From an uncultured Tropicimonas sp. (GTDB lineage Bacteria > Pseudomonadota > Alphaproteobacteria > Rhodobacterales > Rhodobacteraceae): a DNA stretch of 64,000 nucleotides. Location of the stretch: positions 30,371 through 94,370 of the forward strand of contig CANMIP010000024.1 of the NCBI GenBank assembly GCA_947497945.1, written 5' to 3'. The notes beneath the pieces are model-generated. The model was not told where the DNA came from, ran no database searches, and was given only the letters and a program-made list of their open reading frames with translations. Every line of letters starts with the position of its first letter. Position 1 is the first letter of the stretch. The position numbers and the translations under genes are program-made. This document shows positions 27,867 to 37,245 of the stretch, piece after piece.

Positions 27867-29141
27867 GTGGTTTTTATGAAGTGGTTCTCGTTCGTGATCG
27901 CGGCAATCGTGGCCGGGATCGTGTACATGTTGATCATGGAACGCGACGCGGTCTTCCGTTTCGCCGGAATCGACCCCGCCGGCGAAGCCGAGGTGGCGTC
28001 CGTCTCGAAAAATACCGAGACGACCGAAACGGCCCCGGACGAAGACGCGATCAAGCGCGTCTCCGTCGTTGTCATGTCTTCCCGCGCGCAGGTGATCGAC
28101 AGCGCCGTGGTGCTGCGCGGCCGCACCGAGGCCGTCCGGCAGGTCACCGTCAAGGCCGAAACATCCGGCGCCATTACCTCCGAGCCCTTGCGCAAGGGTG
28201 CTATGGTCGAGGCCGGGCAAGTGCTGTGCGAAATCGATGCGGGCACCCGCACCGCCCAGGTGACGGAAGCGCGGGCGCGGCTTGCCTCGGCGCGAGCCGG
28301 GCTGCCTGTCGCGCGGGCGCGGGTCACCGAGGCCGAGGCATTGCGCGTCGAGGCGGATATCAACAACCGCGCCGCGACCAAGCTGATCGAAGGCGGATAC
28401 GCCTCTGAATCCCGCGTCGCCTCGACCCGGGCCAGCGTCTCCACCGCGGAGGCCAATGTGGAATCAGCCCGCTCCGGGCTCGAAGCCGCGACCTCCATTG
28501 TCGAGGCCGCCGCTGCCGCCGTGGCGCTGGCCGAGAAGGAGATGGAGCGGATCACCATTGAAGCGCCTTTTGCCGGGCTTCTGGAAACCGACACTGCCGA
28601 GCTTGGCACGCTGCTCTCCGCCGGCGCGCCCTGCGCCACGGTGATCCAGCTCAACCCGATGAAGCTCGTCGGCTTCGTTCCCGAGACACAGGTCGAAAAG
28701 GTCGAGCTGGGCGCGCCCGCCGGCGCAAGGCTGGTCTCCGGAACCGAGCTTTCGGGCGCCGTCACCTTCCTGTCCCGCTCCGCCGACCCGCTGACCCGCA
28801 CCTTCCGGGTCGAGATCGAGGTGCCCAATCCGGGGCTGCTGATCCGCGACGGCCAGACGGCCGATATCGGCATTGCCGCCGCCGGCGAGCCAGCACATCT
28901 CTTGCCCGCCTCCGCCCTGACGCTGGACGATCACGGCCTGCTCGGGATCCGGCACGCGGCCATGGGCGAGACCGGGCCGGAAGCCGCCTTCCTGCCGGTG
29001 CTGTTCCTGCGCGACACGCCCGAGGGCGTCTTTGTCGCCGGGCTTCCCGAGGAGGTCGACGTGATCGTGGTCGGGCAGGAATATGTGACCGATGGCGTTC
29101 CGCTGAAGCTGACATGGCGCGAAGAAGGGGCGAGCCAGTGA
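27867..29141 (+). CDS. RND efflux periplasmic adaptor (membrane fusion protein)
   Basis: N-terminal TM anchor (WFSFVIAAIVAGIVYMLIM), a coiled-coil hairpin region (EARARLASARAGL...AEANVESARSGLEAA) and beta-barrel motifs (ITIEAPFAGLL). The alternative start at 27876 cannot be excluded. Confidence 0.85.
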   Translation: MVFMKWFSFVIAAIVAGIVYMLIMERDAVFRFAGIDPAGEAEVASVSKNTETTETAPDEDAIKRVSVVVMSSRAQVIDSAVVLRGRTEAVRQVTVKAETSGAITSEPLRKGAMVEAGQVLCEIDAGTRTAQVTEARARLASARAGLPVARARVTEAEALRVEADINNRAATKLIEGGYASESRVASTRASVSTAEANVESARSGLEAATSIVEAAAAAVALAEKEMERITIEAPFAGLLETDTAELGTLLSAGAPCATVIQLNPMKLVGFVPETQVEKVELGAPAGARLVSGTELSGAVTFLSRSADPLTRTFRVEIEVPNPGLLIRDGQTADIGIAAAGEPAHLLPASALTLDDHGLLGIRHAAMGETGPEAAFLPVLFLRDTPEGVFVAGLPEEVDVIVVGQEYVTDGVPLKLTWREEGASQ

Positions 29142-29163
29142 GACGCCGCTGGGAGGAGTGGCC

Positions 29164-32100
29164 ATGAGAGGCATCGTAGACTGGGCCTCGCAGCACACGC
29201 GCATGGCCGTGGGCATCATCCTGCTGGCGCTTGTCGCCGGCGCGCAGACCTATTTCAACCTGCCCAAGGAAGGCGAGCCGGATATCGAGATTCCGGCCGT
29301 CTTCATTTCCGTCCCCTTCCCCGGCATCTCGGCCGCCGATGCCGAGAAGCTGCTGGTCAAGCCGATGGAAACCGAGATGGCCGATCTCGACGGGCTGGAC
29401 CGGATGTCCGGCACCGCCGTCGAGGGCTATGCCAACCTGGTGATGGAGTTCGATTTCGGCTGGGACAAGACGGCGACGCTCGCCGATGTCCGCGCCGCGA
29501 TGAACAAAGCGGAGGCGAATTTCCCCGAGGGCGCGGAGAATTACACCGTCGAGGAGTTCAACTTTTCCGAGTTTCCGATCATCATCGTCAACCTGACCGG
29601 CCCGCTGCCGGAGCGCACCTTGCTGCGCCTTGCCAAGGACTTGCAGGACAGGCTTGAAGGTCTGGAGCCGGTTCTGGAAGCCGCGTTGACGGGCCATCGC
29701 GACGAGATGGTCGAGGTGATCATCGATCCGCTCAAGCTGGAGGCCTATAACGTCACCGCCGGCGAGTTGATCGGCGCGGTGGTCAACAACAACCAGCTGA
29801 TCGCGGCGGGCGAGATCGAGACCGAGGGCGGCGCCTTCGCGGTCAAGATCCCCTCCTCCTTCGAGACGACGGGCGATATCTACGGCATCCCGGTCAAGGT
29901 GAATGGCGATTCCGTGGTCACGCTGGGCGATCTGGCAACGATCTCCCTGACCTTCGAGGACCGCAACGGCACCGCCCGCTTCAATGGCGAGAAGACGGTC
30001 GCGCTGCAGGTGGTCAAGCGCAAGGGCTACCCGGTGATCGACACCGCGGCGCTCGTCCGCGAAACCGTCGCCGCCGAGCGCGAGAAATGGCCCGAGGAGC
30101 TGAAGGACGCCATCGTCGTCGGCACCTCGAACGACCAGTCCGTGCAGGTCGATTCCATGGTGCGCCAGCTCGAAGGCTCGGTGCTGACCGCCATCCTGCT
30201 GGTGATGATCGTGGTGCTTGCCGCCCTCGGTCCGCGCCCCTCGCTGCTGGTCGGCTTCGCCATTCCGACCTCCTTCCTGCTCTGTTTCGGCTTCCTCGCC
30301 GCGATGGAAGTCACGATTTCCAACATGGTCATGTTCGGCCTGATCCTCGCGGTCGGCATGCTGGTCGACGGCGCCATCGTGGTCGTCGAATATGCCGACA
30401 AGCGCATCCAGTCCGGGACCGGCCCGATGCATGCCTATGTCGAGGCCGCCAAGCGGATGTTCTGGCCCATCGTCAGCTCGACCGCGACCACACTCTGTGC
30501 CTTCCTGCCGATGCTGTTCTGGCCGGGGGTCTCGGGCGAATTCATGAAGATGCTGCCGATCACGCTGATCTTCGTGCTCTCGGCCTCGCTGCTGGTCGCG
30601 CTGGTCTTCCTGCCGGTGATCGGCGGCATCACCGGACGGCTTGCCCGCTCCTTCCACCATCTCGCGGACATTCTGCGCCGCTTGCCGTGGATCCTGCGCG
30701 CAGCACTGGTCCTGCCCTCGATGTTCCTGCTCTTCGTCGGCGCGATGCAGGTGCTCAATCCGAGCTACGTGATGCCCCCCGACACGCCCGCGATGGCCGG
30801 TCGCCTGGCCGGTGTCGCGATCCTCTTCTTCGGCGCCGTTGCCACCTCGATCACCGCCGATGCGGCCCGGCCGCACTGGCGGCGCAAGAAGATCAAGGGC
30901 GGCTACCAGCGCACGGGTTTCGGGCATTTCATCAAGTTCCTGGTTGGCAACCCGATCATGCCGCTGGTGACCATCGGCGCGGTCGGCTTCTTCATCGTCG
31001 CCGTCTTTGGCTATTTCGGTGAGAACAACAACGGCACCGAATTCTTCGTGGAAAGCGAGCCGGAACAGGCGATCGTCTATGTCCGCGCCCGCGGCAACCT
31101 CTCCATCGAGGAGAAGGACGCGCTGGTCGACCAGGTCGAGCAGATCGCGCTGGCCGAGCCGGGCGTGGATTCCGTCTTCGCCTTTGCTGGCGAGGGTGGG
31201 CTGAACGCCAATACCGGCGGCGCCCAGAGCCCGCGCGACACGATCGGCCAGATCCAGATCGAGATGATCCGCTGGGAGGACCGCAATCACCTGCCGGAGC
31301 TGGATGGCAATCTCGTGCTGGACCGGCTGCGGGCCAAGATGGAGCAGATCCCCGGCATCTATGTCGAGGTGCTGGACCTCGCCATGGGGCCCGGCTCGGG
31401 CAAGCCCGTGCATCTGCGGCTGACCAGCGATGATTGGGAGCCCCTCAAGGCAGCCGCGCTTGCGGCCCGGGACAAGTTCGAACAGACCCCCGGCCTCTTC
31501 GATATCGAGGACACGCTGCCCCTGCCCGGCATCGATTGGCAGATCGACGTGGACGTGGAGAAGGCCGGCCGCTACGGCGCCGACGTGGCGACCGTCGGCG
31601 CGATGGTGCAGCTCGTCACCCGCGGCATCCTGCTCGACACGATGCGTGTGGACAGCTCCGACGAGGAGATCGATATCCGCGTGCGCCTGCCCGAGAAGGA
31701 CCGGCTGCTCTCGACGCTGGACAGCCTGAAGGTGCGGACCGTGGACGGCCTGGTGCCGCTGTCGAATTTCGTCACCCGCCAGCCCGTGCCCAAACTTTCG
31801 CGGATCGACCGGGTCGACCAGGCGCGGTATTACGACGTCAAGGCCGACCTGACGCCGGGGCTTGTGAAGCTGGTGGACGCTGATGGCGCGACCATCCGCG
31901 TGATCACCGCCGAGGCGGCCGAGGCCGGCCAGGCGGACCGCATCCGCGAAGAGGGTCTCACCAAGGTGCCGCTGACCGCCTCGGAACGGATCGGCTTCCT
32001 GACCGAGTGGATCGAGACGGAGGCACCCTTCGGCAATGATGTCGGCTGGCAATGGACCGGCGACGAGGAAGAGCAGCAAGAGAGCCAGGAGTTCCTCGGC

Positions 32101-32859
32101 AAGGCCTTCGGCGCCGCCCTGGGGCTGATGTTCATCATCCTGCTGACGCAGTTCAACTCGCTCTACAATTCGGTTCTGGTGTTGCTGGCCGTGGTCCTTT
32201 CCACCTCGGGCGTGCTGATCGGTATGCTGGTGATGGACCAGACCTTCTCCATCATCATGACCGGCACCGGCATCGTCGCTTTGGCGGGGATCGTGGTGAA
32301 CAACAACATCGTGCTGATCGACACCTATATGGAGTTCTCCGGCTACATGCCGCGGATCGAGGCGATCATCCGCACCGCCGAGCAGCGCCTGCGGCCGGTC
32401 TTGCTGACCACATCTACCACCATCGCCGGTCTGACGCCGATGATGCTGGGCATCAGCCTCGACTTCTTCAATGGCGGCTACACGCTGGACAGCCCGACCG
32501 CGCTCTGGTGGAAACAGCTCGCCACGGCAGTGGTCTTCGGTCTCGGCACGGCGACGGTGCTGACGCTGGTGGTGACGCCGGCCATGCTGGCTCTGCGGGT
32601 ATGGTTCTGGGAAGGCGCCTATCGTAGCCTGCGCACGCTCGGGGCGATGAGCCGCGGCAGCCGAACCGCCCGCGATGTGGCCCTGACCCGCGCGGCCCGA
32701 CGCGCCCGCAGCCCGGAACTGATCTGGGTGGACGCGCCCGAAGCGCTGGACGGTGAACTCGTCGAGAGCGCTCCGCCCGTGCTGGCCGACACACGCTCTC
32801 CAGAGCTTCCCAGCCCGGACGCGCCCTCGGATGGCTCCCCGCTCAAGGCAGCGGAGTAG
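29164..32859 (+). CDS. RND efflux transporter permease (AcrB superfamily), unusually long at about 1231 aa
   Basis: ATG 29164 follows a GGGAGGAG RBS. AcrB-type N-terminus (VDWASQHTRMAVGIILLALVAGAQTYFNLPKEGEPDIEIP) and conserved TM4 region (GLILAVGMLVDGAIVVVE). Extra hydrophobic pair at about nt 30640-30930 and a charged or Pro-rich C-terminal tail from about nt 32600. Confidence 0.88.
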   Translation: MRGIVDWASQHTRMAVGIILLALVAGAQTYFNLPKEGEPDIEIPAVFISVPFPGISAADAEKLLVKPMETEMADLDGLDRMSGTAVEGYANLVMEFDFGWDKTATLADVRAAMNKAEANFPEGAENYTVEEFNFSEFPIIIVNLTGPLPERTLLRLAKDLQDRLEGLEPVLEAALTGHRDEMVEVIIDPLKLEAYNVTAGELIGAVVNNNQLIAAGEIETEGGAFAVKIPSSFETTGDIYGIPVKVNGDSVVTLGDLATISLTFEDRNGTARFNGEKTVALQVVKRKGYPVIDTAALVRETVAAEREKWPEELKDAIVVGTSNDQSVQVDSMVRQLEGSVLTAILLVMIVVLAALGPRPSLLVGFAIPTSFLLCFGFLAAMEVTISNMVMFGLILAVGMLVDGAIVVVEYADKRIQSGTGPMHAYVEAAKRMFWPIVSSTATTLCAFLPMLFWPGVSGEFMKMLPITLIFVLSASLLVALVFLPVIGGITGRLARSFHHLADILRRLPWILRAALVLPSMFLLFVGAMQVLNPSYVMPPDTPAMAGRLAGVAILFFGAVATSITADAARPHWRRKKIKGGYQRTGFGHFIKFLVGNPIMPLVTIGAVGFFIVAVFGYFGENNNGTEFFVESEPEQAIVYVRARGNLSIEEKDALVDQVEQIALAEPGVDSVFAFAGEGGLNANTGGAQSPRDTIGQIQIEMIRWEDRNHLPELDGNLVLDRLRAKMEQIPGIYVEVLDLAMGPGSGKPVHLRLTSDDWEPLKAAALAARDKFEQTPGLFDIEDTLPLPGIDWQIDVDVEKAGRYGADVATVGAMVQLVTRGILLDTMRVDSSDEEIDIRVRLPEKDRLLSTLDSLKVRTVDGLVPLSNFVTRQPVPKLSRIDRVDQARYYDVKADLTPGLVKLVDADGATIRVITAEAAEAGQADRIREEGLTKVPLTASERIGFLTEWIETEAPFGNDVGWQWTGDEEEQQESQEFLGKAFGAALGLMFIILLTQFNSLYNSVLVLLAVVLSTSGVLIGMLVMDQTFSIIMTGTGIVALAGIVVNNNIVLIDTYMEFSGYMPRIEAIIRTAEQRLRPVLLTTSTTIAGLTPMMLGISLDFFNGGYTLDSPTALWWKQLATAVVFGLGTATVLTLVVTPAMLALRVWFWEGAYRSLRTLGAMSRGSRTARDVALTRAARRARSPELIWVDAPEALDGELVESAPPVLADTRSPELPSPDAPSDGSPLKAAE

Positions 32860-33171
32860 AACGATGCCGGGAAGGCGACTTGACTGAAGCAGGGCAAATC
32901 TCCTGCTTCAGCCGGCATCTTGCGCCGCGTCCCAGGCTGTCCTGAACTGCCAGTCCCCCCGTCGTGAGGGCGAACGGTCCTGGGAGCTGTTCGCTGCCTT
33001 GCGCAGAAGAGCATCGAGAGCGATACCGGCGCCTGCCCGTAGGATGGCGTTGGCACAGCGGCCTTCGGCCTTGATTCCGCCCAAGGGCGCTCCGTTCCAC
33101 ATGCCGCAACCGGCTCTTCGCGACCTCCCGATCCCGCGCAGCGAATCTTCAGGCAAAAGGCAGGCGGTCCG

Positions 33172-34209
33172 CTAACCGAACATCGCCTCCAGATCGACGC
33201 TCCCCCGCCTGTTCAGGTCCCGCTTATGCGCCGCCAGGAACCCGTCCGCCGCCGCCCGCCCAGCCTCTTTCAGCCGCGCAAGGATCACCGGCGACGGCAC
33301 GATCTTCGTGGCCACGGACAGATCGCGCATGAAATCGTCATCGGCGATCATGTGCACCAGCACATCGCGCATCCCCTCGACTCGCTTCTCCGCGATCAGC
33401 TCATGCACGAAATGGATTGCCCGAAGCTCCCGCAGCAGCGAGGAGTTGAAGCTGATCTCGTTGATCCTGTTCTGGATGTCACCGCCCGAGTGCGGCACAT
33501 CCGGCCGGAAGAGCGGGTTGATATTGACCACCACCACATCTGCCGGAAGCTCCGGCCGGAAGAGCGGGAAAAGCGCCGGGTTGCCGGTATAGCCGCCATC
33601 CCAGAAGGCCTCGACCTGGCCGCTCTTCTCGTCGAAGACCTCAACGGCCTGGAAGATCGTCGGCAGGCAACCGGAGGCCAGGATCGTCTCCGTCGAGATC
33701 TCCGCGCCTTCGAAAACCCGGATCTTGCCGGAGCGCACATTCGTTGCCGAAATGAACAGCGCCGGCCCGGTCTCGGCGCAGACCCTGTCATAGGCAAATC
33801 GCTCGACGATCCTCTCCAGCGGGTTCGCATAGAACGGCCCATAGGCGTAGGGGCTGGCAACCCGGCTCGCCATATCGGAGAGCGTAAAGAGCGGCGAGTT
33901 CTCCAGCACGGCGGCATAGAGCCCGGTCGGCGGCGCAAATGGCGCGAACCAATGCGCAAGGCGGAGATCCTGCACGCCAGCGACCTGGTGCCAGAGCCAG
34001 TCGAGATTGGCCCGTGCCGCCGCCCGGTCCTGCCCGCTTCCATCGGCAACCAGCCCCGCCTTCAGCGCCGCCCCGTTCAGCGCCCCGGCCGAGGTGCCGG
34101 AGATCCCGGCGATCTCGATCTCCTTGTCCTCCAGTAGCCGGTCGAGCACGCCCCAGGTGAAAGCGCCATGCGCGCCGCCGCCCTGCAAGGCCAGGTTGAT
34201 CCGTATCAT
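33172..34209 (-). CDS. Patatin-like phospholipase family protein
   Basis: True start MIRINLALQGGGAHGAF (oxyanion GGGxxG) at ATG 34209 with a GGAGGATG RBS. Nucleophile elbow GTSAG and the catalytic Asp context WDGGYTGNP. Confidence 0.88.
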   Translation of the reverse strand: MIRINLALQGGGAHGAFTWGVLDRLLEDKEIEIAGISGTSAGALNGAALKAGLVADGSGQDRAAARANLDWLWHQVAGVQDLRLAHWFAPFAPPTGLYAAVLENSPLFTLSDMASRVASPYAYGPFYANPLERIVERFAYDRVCAETGPALFISATNVRSGKIRVFEGAEISTETILASGCLPTIFQAVEVFDEKSGQVEAFWDGGYTGNPALFPLFRPELPADVVVVNINPLFRPDVPHSGGDIQNRINEISFNSSLLRELRAIHFVHELIAEKRVEGMRDVLVHMIADDDFMRDLSVATKIVPSPVILARLKEAGRAAADGFLAAHKRDLNRRGSVDLEAMFG

Positions 34210-34303
34210 CCTCCGTCCCTTCCCGTCTCGGTGCCACATCCCGGGGGGAGGAGCGCCCTGCAAGGGCGCGACCGGGGGGCGGAGCCCCCCGCCCCCGAAC
34301 AGC

Positions 34304-35077
34304 TCACAACGCCGTCCAACCGCCGTCGACGCTGATCGTCGTCCCGGTGATCTGGTCGGCCGCCGGCGAGCTGAGGAAGACACAGGTCCCGCCAAGCTGC
34401 TCCACGGTGGCAAATTCCTTCGACGGCTGCCGCGCGAGCATGACCTCGCGGATCACCTCCTCGCGCTCCATCCCGTATTCCTTCATCGTGTTCGGGATCT
34501 GCGCCTCGACCAGCGGCGTCAGCACATAGCCCGGGCAGATCGCATTCACCGTGATCGGCTCCTGCGCCGTCTCCAGCGCCACCGATTTGGTCATCCCGAC
34601 AACCCCGTGCTTGGCCGCAACATAGGCCGCCTTGTAGGGCGAGGCGGTCAGGCCATGGGCGGAGGCGATATTGATCACCCGCCCCCAGCCGGCGGCGCGC
34701 ATCATCGGCAGTGCGGCGGCCGTACAGTGAAAGGCCGAGTTCATGTTAATGGCGATGATCGCATCCCATTTCTCGACCGGGAACTCGTCTATCGGCGCCA
34801 CGAACTGGATACCGGCATTGTTGATCAGGATATCGCAGGCCCCGGCCTGTTCGATCAACGCCCGGCATTCCGCGCCCTTCGACATATCGGCCTTGATATA
34901 GCGCGCCGTGACGCCGGTCTCGGCCGCAATCGCTTCCGCCAGCGCGTGATCTTCCGCGCTGTCCGTGAACGAGTTGAGCACGACATCCGCCCCGGCCCGC
35001 GCCATCTCCGAGGCGATGCCGAGCCCGATTCCCGAATTCGACCCCGTGATGACGGCCGTTTTCCCCTTGAGTGACAT
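34304..35077 (-). CDS. bdhA: D-beta-hydroxybutyrate dehydrogenase (SDR)
   Basis: MSLKGKTAVITGSNSGIGLGIA (TGxxxGIG), NNAG, the YxxxK context (SPYKAAYVAAKHG), and the C-terminal ITGTTISVDGGWTAL typical of BdhA. Start ATG 35077. Confidence 0.85.
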   Translation of the reverse strand: MSLKGKTAVITGSNSGIGLGIASEMARAGADVVLNSFTDSAEDHALAEAIAAETGVTARYIKADMSKGAECRALIEQAGACDILINNAGIQFVAPIDEFPVEKWDAIIAINMNSAFHCTAAALPMMRAAGWGRVINIASAHGLTASPYKAAYVAAKHGVVGMTKSVALETAQEPITVNAICPGYVLTPLVEAQIPNTMKEYGMEREEVIREVMLARQPSKEFATVEQLGGTCVFLSSPAADQITGTTISVDGGWTAL

Positions 35078-35110
35078 TTCCCTCTCCCTCTTCCTCTTCC
35101 TGTCTCGGCC

Positions 35111-35126
35111 GCAGCATACATGCTGC
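35111..35126. promoter_or_regulatory. Palindrome GCAGCAT-AC-ATGCTGC upstream of bdhA
   Basis: Perfect 7-bp arms with a 2-bp spacer, 34 nt upstream of the bdhA ATG. The cognate factor is unknown. Confidence 0.3.
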
Positions 35127-35727
35127 GTGTGCAAAATGAAGAAGAAGCGCGCGGGCGCGATGACGCCGCCGTGCCCCCCCGGGCACGGCGCGACCATTCA
35201 GATGGCTGAAAGCCGTCCGCGCGCGCCCGACCATCCGTTTCACACGACGCCTGAAATCCGGACTATAGGGCCGCAGGAAAATCGATTGCCGGGGACGGTC
35301 AGACGGCCTGCGCATGGCGAGTCTCGACGCGGCGATGGCGACGGAATTCCCCGTGTGTCACGGCGCTCGGTGCCCATGTCCAACGCCCGTCTGGCACTCA
35401 TCCGCGGGTTACCAGCGCCCCGCCGCGAAGCGGCGCCACCGCCGCTCGAGCTCCGCTCGGCGGCAGGCCCCCCTTTCCGTTTGCCCCGCGCTCGTGTGTG
35501 TGAAACTCGGCACCAAGTTCGGCTTTCAGCGAGGCAAGGCGGCGGGCCAACCCGATCCGGTTTCGCGGTCTTCACCCGAATACGGACATCCTCAATCGTT
35601 CAACACGCGGAGCTTTTCGCGGCGTTAGGCACGGCGACAAACTTCACCCGCGACACGAGAAGCGATGGACCTAAGCGCAATCCCGCCCTAATTAGCCCGC
35701 AGCCCCAAATTCGAAGGAGAGACCTGA

Positions 35728-36660
35728 ATGATCCTCTGTGCCGGCGAAGCCCTGATCGACATGCTGCCGCGCCTGTCCACGGCAAACGAACCCTCCTTCG
35801 CCCCGGTCGCGGGCGGTTCGGTCTTCAACACCGCCATTGCGCTTGGGCGGCTCGACCGGCCGGTCAAGTTCTTCACCGGTCTGTCCACCGATCTTTTCGG
35901 AACGAAACTTGAGGAATCGCTGGCCGCTTCCAATGTCGATGCCAGCCTGTGCAGCCGCTCCGACCGGCCGACCACGCTGGCCTTTGTCGAGCTGACCGAT
36001 GGCCATGCCAAATACGCCTTCTATGACGAGAACACCGCCGGACGGCTGCTGGCCGAGGGCGACCTGCCCGCGCCGGCCGCTCTGGACGGCATCGATGCGC
36101 TCTTCTTCGGCGGCATCTCCCTGCCCGTCGAGCCCTGCGGCGCCACCTATGAGGCGCTCGCCCTGCGCGAGGCCGCTGGCAAGCTGGTGATGATGGATCC
36201 CAATATCCGCCCCGGCTTCATCAAGGACGAGCCGACCTATCGCGCCCGGCTCGACAACATGCTGGGCGTGGCCGATATCGTGAAGGTCTCGGACGAGGAC
36301 CTCGAATGGATCGCCGGCAAAGGCGAGATCGGGGATCTCGCCCGGCAGATGCTCGCCCGCGGGCTGAAGATCGTCTGCGTGACCAAGGGCAAGGATGGCG
36401 TGACCGCTTACATGGAGGGTCGCGAGATCTCCATCGGCACGGAAATGGTCGAGGTGATCGACACTGTCGGCGCCGGTGACACGTTCAATGCCGGCTTCCT
36501 CGCCGGGCTGGACCGTGCCGGCAAGCTCGCCAAATCTGCGGTGGCTTCGCTGAGCGACGCGGAGATCACGCAAGCGCTTACGCTGGGCAACCGCGCCGCC
36601 GCCGTCACCGTCTCGCGCGCCGGTGCCAACCCGCCGACCGCCGCCGAGCTCGGCCTGTGA
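35728..36660 (+). CDS. PfkB-family carbohydrate kinase (fructokinase-like)
   Basis: [14 protein letters not shown]..., GGSVFNTA, and the C-terminal [14 protein letters not shown] (PfkB signature 2). GGAGAG RBS. Confidence 0.85.
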   Translation: MILCAGEALIDMLPRLSTANEPSFAPVAGGSVFNTAIALGRLDRPVKFFTGLSTDLFGTKLEESLAASNVDASLCSRSDRPTTLAFVELTDGHAKYAFYDENTAGRLLAEGDLPAPAALDGIDALFFGGISLPVEPCGATYEALALREAAGKLVMMDPNIRPGFIKDEPTYRARLDNMLGVADIVKVSDEDLEWIAGKGEIGDLARQMLARGLKIVCVTKGKDGVTAYMEGREISIGTEMVEVIDTVGAGDTFNAGFLAGLDRAGKLAKSAVASLSDAEITQALTLGNRAAAVTVSRAGANPPTAAELGL

Positions 36661-37109
36661 GAGCGCTGATCCAGCGGGTCACCAGCGCCTCGGTCACGGT
36701 CGATGGTGCGGTGATCGGCGAGATCGGCACGGGCGTTCTGGCGCTGGTCTGCGCGATGGGGGGCGACAGCGAAGCGGAAGCCGAGAAGCTCGCCGCCAAG
36801 CTCTCCAAGCTGCGCATCTTCGAGGACGAAGCCGGCAAGATGAACCGCTCGCTGCTCGACATCGGCGGCGAGGCGCTTGTGGTCAGCCAGTTCACGCTGG
36901 CCGCCGACACGTCGCGCGGCAATCGCCCCGGTTTCTCCGAGGCCGCGGCCCCCGAAGACGGCAACCGGCTCTACGAGCATTTCGCCGCCCATCTGGCCAG
37001 CCTCGGGCCAAAGGTCGAGACCGGACGCTTCGGCGCCGACATGAAAGTCGCGCTGCTCAATGACGGTCCGGTGACGATCTGGCTGGAGATTCCTCCCCAA
37101 ACTGCCTGA
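36657..37109 (+). CDS. dtd: D-aminoacyl-tRNA deacylase
   Basis: (GTG)[16 protein letters not shown]...LVVSQFTL...GNRPGF...DGPVTIWLE matches Dtd along its full length. The GTG start overlaps the fructokinase stop. Confidence 0.9.
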   Translation: MRALIQRVTSASVTVDGAVIGEIGTGVLALVCAMGGDSEAEAEKLAAKLSKLRIFEDEAGKMNRSLLDIGGEALVVSQFTLAADTSRGNRPGFSEAAAPEDGNRLYEHFAAHLASLGPKVETGRFGADMKVALLNDGPVTIWLEIPPQTA

Positions 37110-37245
37110 TCCTTGGGCAGCGAGCCTGCGAAACCCGCAGTCGATTCCGCCCGATGCCCGCTCAAGAGGCATTTTCCGCGCGTTTTTGTCCCTCAGCCGC
37201 TCGCAACCTGTTGTGCCAGCCAGATGTGCTTGCAAAGGTGAAGGC

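Noticed and set aside
26079-28220. 713-aa ORF suggesting a very large monooxygenase fusion
   Set aside because: Recognisable flavoprotein sequence begins only at MTVLIAGAGVAG (ATG 27368), which has a strong AAGGAGG RBS. The upstream 284 codons are Arg/Gly-rich and overlap the divergent adaptor gene start. The gene was trimmed to 26079-27368. Similar N-terminal over-extensions were trimmed at 45929-48025, 51844-53391, 9418-11301, 33172-34413, 12043-13230 and 55732-56388.
28762-32079. 1105-aa ORF on the minus strand, the longest in the track after the RND gene
   Set aside because: It is entirely antisense to the AcrB-type pump gene. The translated sequence is an Arg/Gly/Asp/His-rich low-complexity string with no family resemblance, typical of shadow ORFs in GC-rich DNA. 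The same reasoning applies to 240-1367(-), 2195-3280(-), 9751-11265(+), 12175-13251(+), 16249-17430(+), 17584-19134(+), 35692-36573(-), 37162-38703(-), 38600-40729(-), 48952-50286(+), 52123-53406(-), 53247-54401(-), 59677-61044(+) and 61695-62726(-).
32908-33156. 82-aa minus-strand ORF in the 312-bp gap between the RND pump and the patatin gene
   Set aside because: It has a TTG start with no RBS and no recognisable family. My count of third-position GC (about 70 percent) appears lower than in the neighbouring genes, which I did not count. It is probably non-coding. The hairpin CTGAAGCAGG-N8-CCTGCTTCAG at 32884-32911 may simply end the RND transcript but has no T tract.
35160-35190. GC-only hairpin GCCGTGCCC-CCCC-GGGCACGGC in the bdhA-fructokinase divergent region
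   Set aside because: There is no adjacent T tract, it is not downstream of any gene, and such G/C palindromes are frequent in GC-rich intergenic DNA. No function can be argued from the sequence alone.
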